From Epithemia pelagica (taxonomy: Eukaryota; Protista; Bacillariophyta), in contig OX337228.1 in NCBI GenBank assembly GCA_946965045.2, positions 2,108,001 through 2,172,000 on the forward strand: 64,000 bases of DNA, written 5' to 3'. Below the pieces are notes generated by a model. It did no database searches. It was given only the letters and a program-made list of their open reading frames with translations, and had not been told where the DNA came from. Shown piece by piece: positions 26,329 through 36,910 of this stretch (positions are counted from its first letter, which is position 1; each line of letters opens with the position of its first letter). The translations under genes were made by a program, and so were the position numbers.

Positions 26329-27461
26329 TTAGTACTCTTCACCTTCCATATCCGCTTCCGCGCCGTCGTTGGCAACTTCTTCGTAATCCTTTTCCAATGC
26401 GGCCAAATCCTCACGAGCCTATGAGAATTCACCTTCCTCCATACCTTCACCAACATACCAGTGCACGAACGCACGCTTGGCATACATGAGATCAAACTTG
26501 TGGTCAATGCGAGACAAGGCTTCCGCAATGGCGGTCGTATTGGCCACCATGCAAACAGCACGATCAATGTCGGCCAAGTCACCATCCGGCACACGGGCAG
26601 GCTTCTGGTAGTTGATACCACACTTGAAACCAGAGGGACACCAATCCACAAATTGAATGGTGCGCTTGTTCTTGATAGCGGCCACGGCTGCATTCACGTC
26701 CTTCGTAACAACATCTCCGCGGTACATCAAACAGCAAGCCATGTACTTTTCGTGACGAGGATCACACTTTGTCATCATGCTACCAGGTTCAAATACCGTG
26801 TTGGTAATTTCTGCAACACTCAAGTTCTCGTGACCAACCTTGCTGCTGGAAATGACAGGAGCGTAGGCAGTCAACATAAAGTGGATACGCGGGTAAGGCA
26901 CCAAGTTGGTCTGGAACTCTGTCACATCGACGTTCAAGGCACCATCAAAACGCAGCGAGGCCGTCAACGAAGAGATCACTTGAGCAATCAAACGGTTCAG
27001 GTTCGTGTAGGAAGGGTGACCAATGCCAAGGTTACGATTTCACACATCGTAGAGAGCTTCATTGTCCAAGCAGGATCATGGCAGTCATAATGAGCTTGAT
27101 TCCGATCTGATCAAGATGGTTGCTCTAGAGGACAACGCAAGCTAACACACTGCACTTACGGAAGCACGGACTTCATCGCAAACGGAGGGTTCCAAATCAA
27201 CATAGACAGCGCGAGCGACATGCTTTCCTGAAGACGTTTCACTGAAGAACGTGTTGAAGGAATCATTCTCCACACCTACGGTTGTATCCGAAGGCATGGT
27301 ACCATCTGGTTCAATGCCATGTTCCAGACAGTAGAGTTCCCAGCACTGGTTTCCGACCTGCACACCGGCTTGACCAAAATGAAGGGAGATAATTTCTGAA
27401 GATTCATTTGACAATATAGAGACGGAACGATTTAGTGAATCCACAGGGGAACACAACGCAT
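26329..27461 (-). pseudogene. TUA: Alpha-tubulin pseudogene
   Basis: Clear alpha-tubulin sequence ([28 protein letters not shown]; [14 protein letters not shown]; [16 protein letters not shown]). In-frame stops at 27040-27042 (TGA) and 26419-26421 (TAG). Roughly residues 82-200 are missing between DEVR and LDNEALYD. Confidence 0.9.
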
Positions 27462-27683
27462 TGATCGAGGCATTGATTGGGGCCAAAGGACACCCGACGA
27501 GAACTAAGGCGAGGCTAATTTCAGACATGATTCAACGTGAACTTTGCACGTGCTTCGTCACCCAGTTTGGTAGCCTTCATCCGAAAAGCAGCCCCAGTCA
27601 GGATCTCATCGGCACGCCAGACGCCAGCATTACGTGAATACTTACCACGCATTAATTGAAGAAGAGCAAATATAGAACAAGGA

Positions 27684-28547
27684 TGTCAGGATAGTGTAGT
27701 CTGTACGCCGTACGGTCCACCAATCCGGTCCGCTTGGGAGTGTATGCCCCGTAGCCATAACACACCTACCCCCCAGCGGGGGTGGCTTTGAGGGTGTAAT
27801 TTCGTGTAGCCACCCCCATCTCTAAGAGCAAATAATAACCTATTTCTTGACGGTAGGCATATCTCATTTCCTCCACCACGATAACAACACGGGCCATGGT
27901 GTTGCACAGGTTGTTGTGCACCTATTTGGACTCTTGAAACCTGTCTTCCCAGTCATAGACCTCAAACCAATAGTGTAGAATGCATCTGCATCACCAAAAT
28001 TGAAAGGTTAAGGCTATTATGCGTCAGACTCATAGGCGCCATGCCTCGTGGCACAGGCACGGAAGCGACGTCTCACAATTTCGAACGAAGCAACTCAAAG
28101 GGACAATATGGCTCTTATCTTGCATTGTTTGAGCACCTATTGATACACAATACACATAGCAGTAGTAGTTACGCACAGCATTGATAACAAAACATCAACT
28201 CTCATGTATTTTCATGCCATCATTGTCTCGTATTGTGCCCGTATTACGCGTCACTGTATTGGTCATTTCCTAGAGTGGCCCGTATCCACTGTGTCCCTCA
28301 CAATGCACTGCCATGGTACCATTATGAAGCATATGATGGTCGGATCATGATGGGGTGGCCATTGGAGGTCACCAGCAACAACAAAGTTTGATTGTCGTGT
28401 TGTTATCGTGGTGGAGGAAATGAGATATGCCTACCGTCAAGATCCAGCGAAAAGAGAAGGGGGTGTTTCAACGAAATTACTCCCTCAAAAACACCCCCGC
28501 TGGGGGGTAATAACACACCCAATAGTCACTTCTTTCTTGTGCATGAC
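27684..28547 (+). repeat. 5' LTR (27684-27766 + 28520-28547), split by a TIR element
   Basis: Matches 34355-34464 exactly once the 743-bp insert and one TSD copy are removed. Confidence 0.95.
27767..28509. mobile_element. Non-autonomous TIR DNA transposon (MITE-like, Mutator-type TSD length)
   Basis: 10-bp TSD ATAACACACC (27757-27766 / 28510-28519). TIRs of ~115-125 bp have a perfect outer 18 bp (taccccccagcgggggtg) and a perfect inner 47 bp (27845-27891 / 28396-28442). No internal transposase ORF. Confidence 0.93.
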
Positions 28548-28560
28548 GATTAACAGTCTC
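28548..28560 (+). promoter_or_regulatory. Primer-binding site complementary to a tRNA-Asn(GUU) anticodon arm
   Basis: GATTAACAGTCTC directly follows the LTR. Its reverse complement GAGA-CUGUUAA-UC reads as tRNA positions 28-40 with anticodon GUU. Confidence 0.6.
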
Positions 28561-28619
28561 ACCGTCTTTTGGTTTGTTGTTGTGTTGTTGTTGCTGAAAT
28601 TTTATTTTTCTATTTGACC

Positions 28620-30104
28620 ATGTCAGATCCTGCCAGTAATTCAAACATGCCTGACACGATGGAGGCGGCAGAAGCGACGCCCGTCACCCCTGTCAGGAGA
28701 TCTCCCGGTATGCCTGCAGTGGTAGAAACCATGGCTTTATTGCTGGCAGCTCCTGATGACGATGCATCCGCCTTGAGGACTGCTCTTGTGGCCATGTTCT
28801 CGGTGTGGCATGTCACTACGTAGGAAGACTTGTCAGTTTTTAGTGACACAGACGTGGCAGAATATATTGCAGACAAAAAGCCCGATCAACTCTCCCCCCT
28901 TATCATCAAGAAGCGTTTGGGTTACCTGGTCCGGTATGCCAAGCTTGGTAAGCCCTTGACTAGCACTCTCGCGATGACTTCCATAATTCGGGAGGTGGAT
29001 GAGTACTCGGTAGCCATTTCTTCTCGCTCTGTTCGATTTCAAAATTCCCCTTCACGTTCCAGTGCTATGACCACTGACAAGAAGACCGTCCCCGACTTGG
29101 ATAAATTTTCTGGCAAGGACGAGGATTATTATTCTTGGCGTGACTCCACGGTCAATAAAATGGGGCAATCCAGATTGAGCTCTTTTCTCTCCGACGCAGC
29201 CTACGTTGCCAAGCATAATGACCTCGCCGTCAGTGTTTTTTATTCCATGCGTGCGGCTTTGCAGGATGGGACTGCTGCAAATCTTGCTACTGCTTTGTAT
29301 GACAAGAAACGCTATGATCCCCAGCTGCTCTGGCAGGAAATTGAAAATTACTATGATACCAGCGTGAATCGTGCTAACGTCGTTTTGTTCGAAGTTAAGC
29401 GTCTCCTTAATTTACGCTTGGATGCTGATACTTATCCGACACAGTTCATTTCGGATTTTCGTGCGTGTTTGCTTCGGTTGGACAAGAACCAAGCAAGTTT
29501 GGCGACGGATACGGACACTCTCCGAGCTTTGCTCTTGGTTGCGATTCAAGACGACCAATTTGAGCCTGTCCGTGATTCCATCGTCAATGATCCTACACGG
29601 GATGTTGATGCAATTTTGAAGGAGTTACGTGATCGGGACACATCCTTGCAGATTAAGGATAGTGCCAACTCAGATATGACCTCTTCCAGGACCATTCGAC
29701 GTGCTTCTCACACCCAAGGTAATCAGAAACGACCTACGACTTCGGGCTCGACGGCGTGGACTATTCCCCGTTTCCTGGACTCCTGGAAAGCTGCCTTTGG
29801 GTTGAAACTGTTCCAGTTGCTTTTAGATTGGCGCTCCATGGCGATGTACAAGAAAGCTACCCAGGACGCTCTCAATTCGTCTTTCGACACAATTGTGGAG
29901 ACTGTCACTGGCCACAGCAAGAACAAACGCAAGAGTCGCCGTGGAGGTACCGATGCTGCTTCTGGAAGTGAGAATGCTACCGATGGTCACGATGGGGCCG
30001 GGGCTGCCCAGGCATCTGGTGTAAATGAGGACTCTGAGGACCGTCCACGTAAACGCATCCGTCTGCGTAAAGGCCGTTGCGTAGTGACGGAACGAAACGC
30101 CTGA
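28620..30104 (+). pseudogene. gag: Copia gag ORF with one premature stop
   Basis: ATG at 28620, in-frame TAG at 28821, ends TGA 30102-30104. Contains VPDLDKFSGKDEDYYSW and a basic C-terminus RPRKRIRLRK. Confidence 0.8.
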
Positions 30105-33100
30105 CTGGTTGCGGCTGAAGAGGAGCCATGCGGCACGTTACGACGAGTCGTGCGGTTGGCAAGTGGGTTATCTCAAGCCGATGCCTCTCAGCACATCTTG
30201 ATTGCTGATAGTGGTTGTGACCAAATGTTGATTACGTCTGTTTGGAAGATTTTGCACCACACAGGACGGTCAATGGTGATGACTGGCGCATTTGCTGGAC
30301 GCGACGCTGGACAGCAATTCCCGGTTGTGACTGCAACGGCCAAAGTCATTGACGAATATGGCAAGGCATACGCAGCAGTTGTTCATGAAGCTTTGTATGA
30401 TGGTAGTCCACATCAGGTTGAGTCTTTGCTATCTATCCATCAGTCGTTGGCAAACCATGACAATGGAATTGATGACCGAGCTCGCTGTGAGAAGGATGTG
30501 GACGGCAATCCTGGTAAGCAGAAGGCACGCTTTAATGACAAGGAACTTTCATTTCATTTCGATGGAGTGAAGTGTTTCTTTGAGGTAGCGGCCATTAGTG
30601 ATACCGAGTTGTCCCAGCTTCCCAAAATTTATTTGACAAGTCGTGAGCCGGGGCTTTACCAGCCGACCGAGCGCACGCATACTATGCGGGCCACGAAAAG
30701 TTCTAAGGTGCCTCCACATTTACCCCCGTGGAAGCATTGCCTGGGTTTTATTCCCGACCATGTTGTGGACAAAACACTTCAGGCAACAACTCAAATGGTT
30801 CCGACAGTAGAGGCTGAGACCCGAGAGCATATGCGGGACCATATTTTGACCCGTTTGCCTGAATTGAAGCGCCGGCGATTGAACGTTACAGTTTGTGTTG
30901 ACACGTTTTTCTCATCAATCAAATCGGTGAGACGCTTCACGTGCTGGACCCAGTATTCATTTGTTGAATCTGGGTTGGACGTTGTTTTCCCGATGCGTCG
31001 TCGATCTCAAGTCTATCCTACCTTACCCAAGTTGTTCTCTGAGTATGGGATACCCCGGCTCGGCGTGTCCATTCGGACAATGCACCAGAGTATAAGTCTG
31101 CACGGTGGACAAGCTGTCTTGGGAAACACGCAGTAACTTCATCCTTCACTGAGCCTGACCATCCCAATGAAAACCTTTGTGAACGTCGGGGTGGTACTAT
31201 TAAGGCAGCAGTTGTGCACTTGTTGTTGACCACTGGTGCAGAGGTGGAGTTCTGGTGTTATGCTCTTGAGTACATTGCGTTACTTCAGACCATAATTGCT
31301 CGTCGCACACTGGGTTGGCGTTGCGCTCATGAGTGCCATTTTGGGGATACTCCTGATATCAGTGTCTTCCGGTTCATATTCTGGTGTCCGGTATGGTACT
31401 ACGCTCCCAGTCAATCTTTCCCGAGGTCCAAGATGCTTCCTGGACGGTTTGTGGGTATTGCTCGCAACGTCGGGGATGCCTTTTGTTTCTTCTTGATATT
31501 AACAGAACCCGATGATTCTACGGCCACCCGCCAAGTTATTGCTCGGTCAGTGGTACGGCGTCGGTTTCCACAGGAAAGCCCTCCGGTAGTGGAGGAAACT
31601 AATGTGAATTCGTTACGCTTTTGCAAAAGCAACGGCGTTACGGTGTTGGAAGACCCACATGAAGATGCGGGGTCTCCTTTATCGGACTTTGTTTCAGAGG
31701 AGAAACCCTCTGCCCTTCCCTCTGAATACACTGCTCCCGATGTCGATCCAATGGATGATCCACTTCGTGATGCGATTGCTGAGGTCTATGGACCGCCTAC
31801 CAAGCGTCAGCGTGTGGACTTTGTGAACCCATTGGATGCAGCAAGAGTGGCGTTCAAGGATATTGATCCTGTGTATACTCAGTCTCCTCTGGCTGCTCCG
31901 TCTGTTCCAGTTGAAGATCCCAAGCCGACAGCAAACCCAACTATGGTTTCAGAGGAGTGTCTGATGGTGGAGGAGGATGTTAGTTTGGCGCCACCTGAAG
32001 TCACCCAGGTCCCACATGATGACGATCGTACGGTGAGGGATACAGAGTCCACTGGCCAAGCAGCAACTCCATTTACATCATCAGGGTCCCAGGACTGTAC
32101 GCCAGAAATCTTTGAGGACACGACCCAACATTTCGAAAACCTCGCAGAGGGTGTCGATGATGATGAGGGCTTTGACAAGATAGTTGGTCACACGTGGGAG
32201 AATGGAATCCTGATGCTGGAGATTTTGTTTCGGACAGATGAGAAGTCTTTATTACCCTTCACTGTGGTGAAGCGAGACCATCCATTGGTTGTTGCCCGTT
32301 ACATCCTAGATAAAGGTGTCGGGACAGCAGATGGTCGTTATACGTCTGGTAGATACACACGGTGGGCACATGGGTTGGTCCGTCAAGTGAATCGTACTCT
32401 CCGTCGGGTCCTTCGAATGGGTAATGGTGATACCATTTGTCTTCCGGACGGCCAGCGTTTCCAAGTGAGTGAGTCGACAGGTGACGCTCGTTTGGTGCGG
32501 CGCACTGGTGTGAAACAGAAAGGCCACCAGCAGCCCGCTCGTTCCTCCCGGAAAAGGAAGAAGCCAGGCAGAATCAGTCGTGGCCAACCTGTGATCAAGT
32601 ATGGTGTGGAAGTTCCCAAGGATGTTTCCCATGCTTTTGAGTTGGATGAGCAGAATGGTAACACTTTGTGGCGTGATGCAACTGAGAAGGAAATTGCCTC
32701 GTTGCTTGCTCTTGGTTGTTTTGACTTTCGCTCTCCAGACTACAAACCCGGTTCGGATTATCAGTTTGCCAAGCTAACCATGATTTATGAGGTCAAACAG
32801 GATGGCCGCCGCAAGGCACGTTTGGTTGCTGGCGGACATTTAATTGATCCGAGGGGTGTCAACTCCAGGTCTACCGTGGTGAAGGGAATCAGTGTTCGCC
32901 TGTTGGATGTCATTGCACACCGCGATAAACTGACAACCCTCTGTGGCGACATCGGTAATGCGTTCGTCACAGCACCATGCCTTGAAAAAGTGTATTCTCG
33001 TGCAGGCCCGGAATTTGGCGACCGACAAGACTCTGTGATGATTTTGGTAAAGGCTCTTTACGGGTTACGATCGTCGAGTCGTGCGTTTCGCAGCCATTTT

Positions 33101-34309
33101 GCAGATTTTCTTCGCTCAATGGGATTCTCTGCATCACGGTATGACCGTGATGTGTGGATGCGTCTTCGTGATGAAGGCGACGGCTACGATTACATTGCAC
33201 CCACGTGGACGATTTCAAAATCGTTGCAAGAGACCCCCAATGTTGGTTATCACAGATTGCGTCCGTGTTTTTGCTGAAGTCAACTGGACCACCGTCCTAT
33301 TACCTTGGCAATGACTACAGCTGGTCGAAGGATGAAAGTACTTGGGTTCTCGGCTGTGCCACATACGTTAAAGAGTGCATCCGCCGTCTAGAAGATGATT
33401 CCATGATCGACGGTAAACTGTGGGAACACAAGAATCCTTTGCCAGCCGAGTGCCATTCGGAAATGGATGAAACTCCTGATCTGAATGAGGACGGTATCAG
33501 GTTGTACCAGACATTGATTGGCATGGCCCAATGGGCGTGTACAATTGGACGACTGGACATTTCTTTTGCCGTGTCCTCACTCAGTCGGTTTTCGGCAGCC
33601 CCAAGGGAAGGTCATTTGGAGTTAGCAGTGCATCTCTTTGGTTTCCTCAAGAAGCATCCAAATCGCCAGATTGTTATTGACTCGCGACCATTGGTGGTTC
33701 CAGAGGAGTTTTGCCAGGAGACCTTTCACCCCGATTTCCTTGAGGACTATCCTGATGCTAACGAGGAGATAGATCCTGGATTGCCGAAAGCTTTTGGTAT
33801 GGAACTTGAGACATCGATTTTCTTTGACGCTGACCACGCTCATGACCAGAAAACACGCCGTTCGATCACTGGACTGATCATGTTCGTTGGACGTACACCG
33901 GTGCTGTGGTCAAGCAAGCGACAGGGATGCATTGCCACGTCGACGTATTGCGCAGAATTTGTGGCCATGCGTACGTACGGCAGTGGAGGAAGCTGTATCA
34001 TTGCGCTATATGTTGCGTTGCCTGGGGGTTCCGGTCTCGGCACCTACCCAACTTTATGGCGACAACTATGGTGTCGTTTAGAGTGCATCAATTCCGGAGT
34101 CTGAGTTGAAGAAGAAACATATTGCCATTTCCTACCATTTTGTGAGAGAAGCTATCACAGCGAAGATTGTCAACGCTGTCTGGGTGCCTACTGACCAAAA
34201 TTGGAGCGATATTTGTACGAAGGCCTTGGGTCCGAACATATTCAATGATTTGGTTAGCGACGTTATGACTACCTTACCACTTTCTTTCCCTGTGTTGGGT
34301 TTGAGATGA
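30105..34309 (+). pseudogene. pol: Copia pol (protease-integrase-RT-RNaseH), disrupted
   Basis: ADSGCDQ protease; VDTFF/HSDNAPEY/ENLCER integrase; KYGVEVP, RKARLVAGGH, GDIGNAF, KALYGL, HVDD RT; DADHAHD, AEFVA, KHIAISYHFVRE RNaseH. Frameshifts at ~31050, ~33196 and 33970; TAG at 34079. Confidence 0.93.
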
Positions 34310-34346
34310 GGTGGAGTCCGGCTTGTGGAGAACCACGGTACAGCCT

Positions 34347-34354
34347 AAGAGGAG
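34347..34354 (+). promoter_or_regulatory. Polypurine tract of the copia element
   Basis: aagaggag immediately precedes the 3' LTR core. Confidence 0.6.
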
Positions 34355-34465
34355 GTCAGGATAGTGTAGTCTGTACGCCGTACGGTCCACCAATCCGGTC
34401 CGCTTGGGAGTGTATGCCCCGTAGCCATAACACACCCAATAGTCACTTCTTTCTTGTGCATGACA
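34355..34465 (+). repeat. 3' LTR
   Basis: gtcaggatagtgtag...gtgcatgaca, followed by the TSD aagga. Confidence 0.95.
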
Positions 34466-34788
34466 AAGGAGAAGAAGCAACAAGTCAATCGATCTCTCGT
34501 GACAAGAGGAAAGATTTGTGTGCTATTGGGGATTGGGAGTCCTAATTCCTATTAACTCCCAGCGGCTAAGAAAGTATGAATTTGAGTTTTGACTAACATT
34601 CAGATCTCAAAGTACTTGAGCGACCCAAACATGACTTATCGACTCTGGAAAGTACACTACCTGCTCTTCAAGGACCTGTGACGTGCAGCCAGAATTTGCA
34701 AAGCACCGCATTTTCGGTGCAAGTCTCTCAATTATTCGCGAAGTGTTTCCAGAGTCAAACTGTTGTACGACAAGGTCTAAACGAAATA

Positions 34789-36543
34789 ATGGTCGTTCGA
34801 TTCGTAGTTTCATCTGCCTTTTTAGGTGCCGCAGTCGCAAAGACGATGTATGCCAGCTATGAGCCGATCACCGTTGTTACTGATCACGTAAGTTTTGCTC
34901 ATTTCCCCTGTACCAGCGTTGTTCTCGGCCGTTCTGGGATTCAGTTTCCTCATGATGAATTTGTTTCACACAGGCTGGAATTGCGGGAGATGTCGCCATT
35001 ATCAAAAAGTACACGGAATACCTTGATGAGGAAATGTTTGCTAATGCAGAGAAAGTACATGAGATGGGTGGCAACTCAAAGAGCTACGCAGAGCTCGTTC
35101 TAACTACACCATTGGGGAGAGACCTGAAGATGGGTACGAACATCACAGGCATCAACAATAAAAATAAGAAAGTGGTTGGAAAGGCACTGCAAAACTACCC
35201 GGCAGGATCGCAGAAAATTGGCTTCCAATACCCTATTCAAAACCATCACGTACGCTACCTGATTTGTAAAGTCGGGGCCTTGCTCGCCGCGGATCAAACC
35301 ACCCGAGGATGTACGTACCACCTTGTGATTGTCCTTAGGAGTGATTCTCAGATCGCTCACATTTTGGGTTGTTCGTTGTATCAGGTCTTCAGGAAACAGG
35401 ATTCATTTCAATCGACGGATTCCCAGACGCATTCACTTACGTCTCGAGTGTCAACAAGAACTCCAGGACCATCGAGAACTTCAGCACTGGGGCTGATTCT
35501 GCTTTTCGACCAGGGAACGACTTAGAAGAAGATTTCTATCCATTCTTCAAGCCATACGTCGAGTATTATGGAACCTACGATTTTGCACACCAGGTGGCCA
35601 TGGCTGGTTTTAACGGAGGCAAAACTGCTTTCGACAATGGTGATATAGACCTCACAGGATATGGATTTGCTGCACGAGCACGTAAGTTGAACATCGTCGA
35701 CCCATCCTTAACCACGCTACTGTTTAGCGACTCACATCTGCTCGTGGAACCCCAGAGATCGCTCGAAAAGCCATCATTCACCTGAATCTTGCCTTGTTCG
35801 CGCAGCGTGAGATGTATATAGCAATTGATCACTGTAATCCCAAATGTACGAAACCCTTGTGCAACAGCTACTCCGAACATAAATTGGATGAAGCTGTGGC
35901 ATTCTACGTGGGAAACCAGCTTGCTATTATTGATGACGGTCTAGGTAACCTTGCGTATGCACTTGCGGAAATACGATGCCCAAACACGGCCACGTGTGAA
36001 AATGTTCTTGAAGGTCAGTCCATGGTAAACAAGAACATTATGATGCAGTTTGATGAGTTCAAATCCAAGCTTTCAAAAGCGCAATGTTCGGAATTAAAGG
36101 AGAATGCAAACGAAATCGTTCGTTTGATGATGATTCCCCATATCCAAGGGACCCTTCGATACGCATCACGCACAGAGGCGTTTGCTTTCCCCTCGGAGTC
36201 CATGCAGGCTGAAGGAGCCCTCTTTGCTGCTGTCATCCTTCCAAAGGTGAATGACTGCAACAGTGATGCTGCTGAAGTAATTTACAACAACATGAAGTTG
36301 TTGCCAACGAAGAATACCAAAGCCGTTTTCAGAGAAGTAAAGAAAGCTCTCGAAGAAGTTTACTCGTGCCTGGGTATTACTTGCGAGGAAATCGGTGGAG
36401 TTGTGGATGAACGTGCCAAGGATAGGTACATTGAGGGAGCGGAACCATGCGGCAAGGTAAACGCGCTGACTTCCGATGGCTTAACGGTGGGTTTGGGCAT
36501 GTCGGTTGTTGGACTCTGTGCCGTCATAACCTTTTTGATGTGA
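34789..36543 (+). CDS. FEA1/low-iron-inducible periplasmic-family protein, paralog 2 (4 exons)
   Basis: Signal peptide; YASYEPITVVTDH|AGIAGD with the intron at the same position as paralog 1; HEMGGNSKSYA, LDEAVAFYVG, PHIQGTLRYA, YSCLGITCEEIGG. Hydrophobic tail. Confidence 0.78.
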
Positions 36544-36910
36544 GAAAAATGGAATCCATGTCTTCATTCATTCTTGATGTCACTTAATTGTTGAAATCAG
36601 TGTTGAGTTGCGGGTTTTGTAATTCGGTTGTACATACCCTCTTTCACTTCCTTGCAATCCATGCCCGTTATCATATCTTATTCTCTTTGCTAACTGTCTT
36701 GTAACGAGTTGATCGTGCAAGAAACGGAGTCGCCACGGCAAATTTTTTTCTCCGATGTGTTCAATGATGTCAGAGCTGCACGTAAATTAGAAGATTAAAA
36801 ATTAGAACTTGTCGTTGCCAGTATCGGCTAAATCAACAAAACCACAACTGCTAAAGGAAGATGCGTTAATGAACGACGAGCAACAATTTCAGTTGGCAAC
36901 TTGTATCAAA

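Larger units (their letters stand above)
27684..34465 (+). mobile_element. Ty1/copia LTR retrotransposon (CoDi-like), decayed
   Basis: Outer termini TGTCA...TGACA, 5-bp TSD AAGGA (27679-27683 / 34466-34470), identical 110-bp LTR cores, domain order gag-PR-INT-RT-RH. Confidence 0.96.

Noticed and set aside
26419-27528. Functional alpha-tubulin gene
   Set aside because: Two nonsense codons and loss of the GTP-binding core; no splice solution restores the missing residues.
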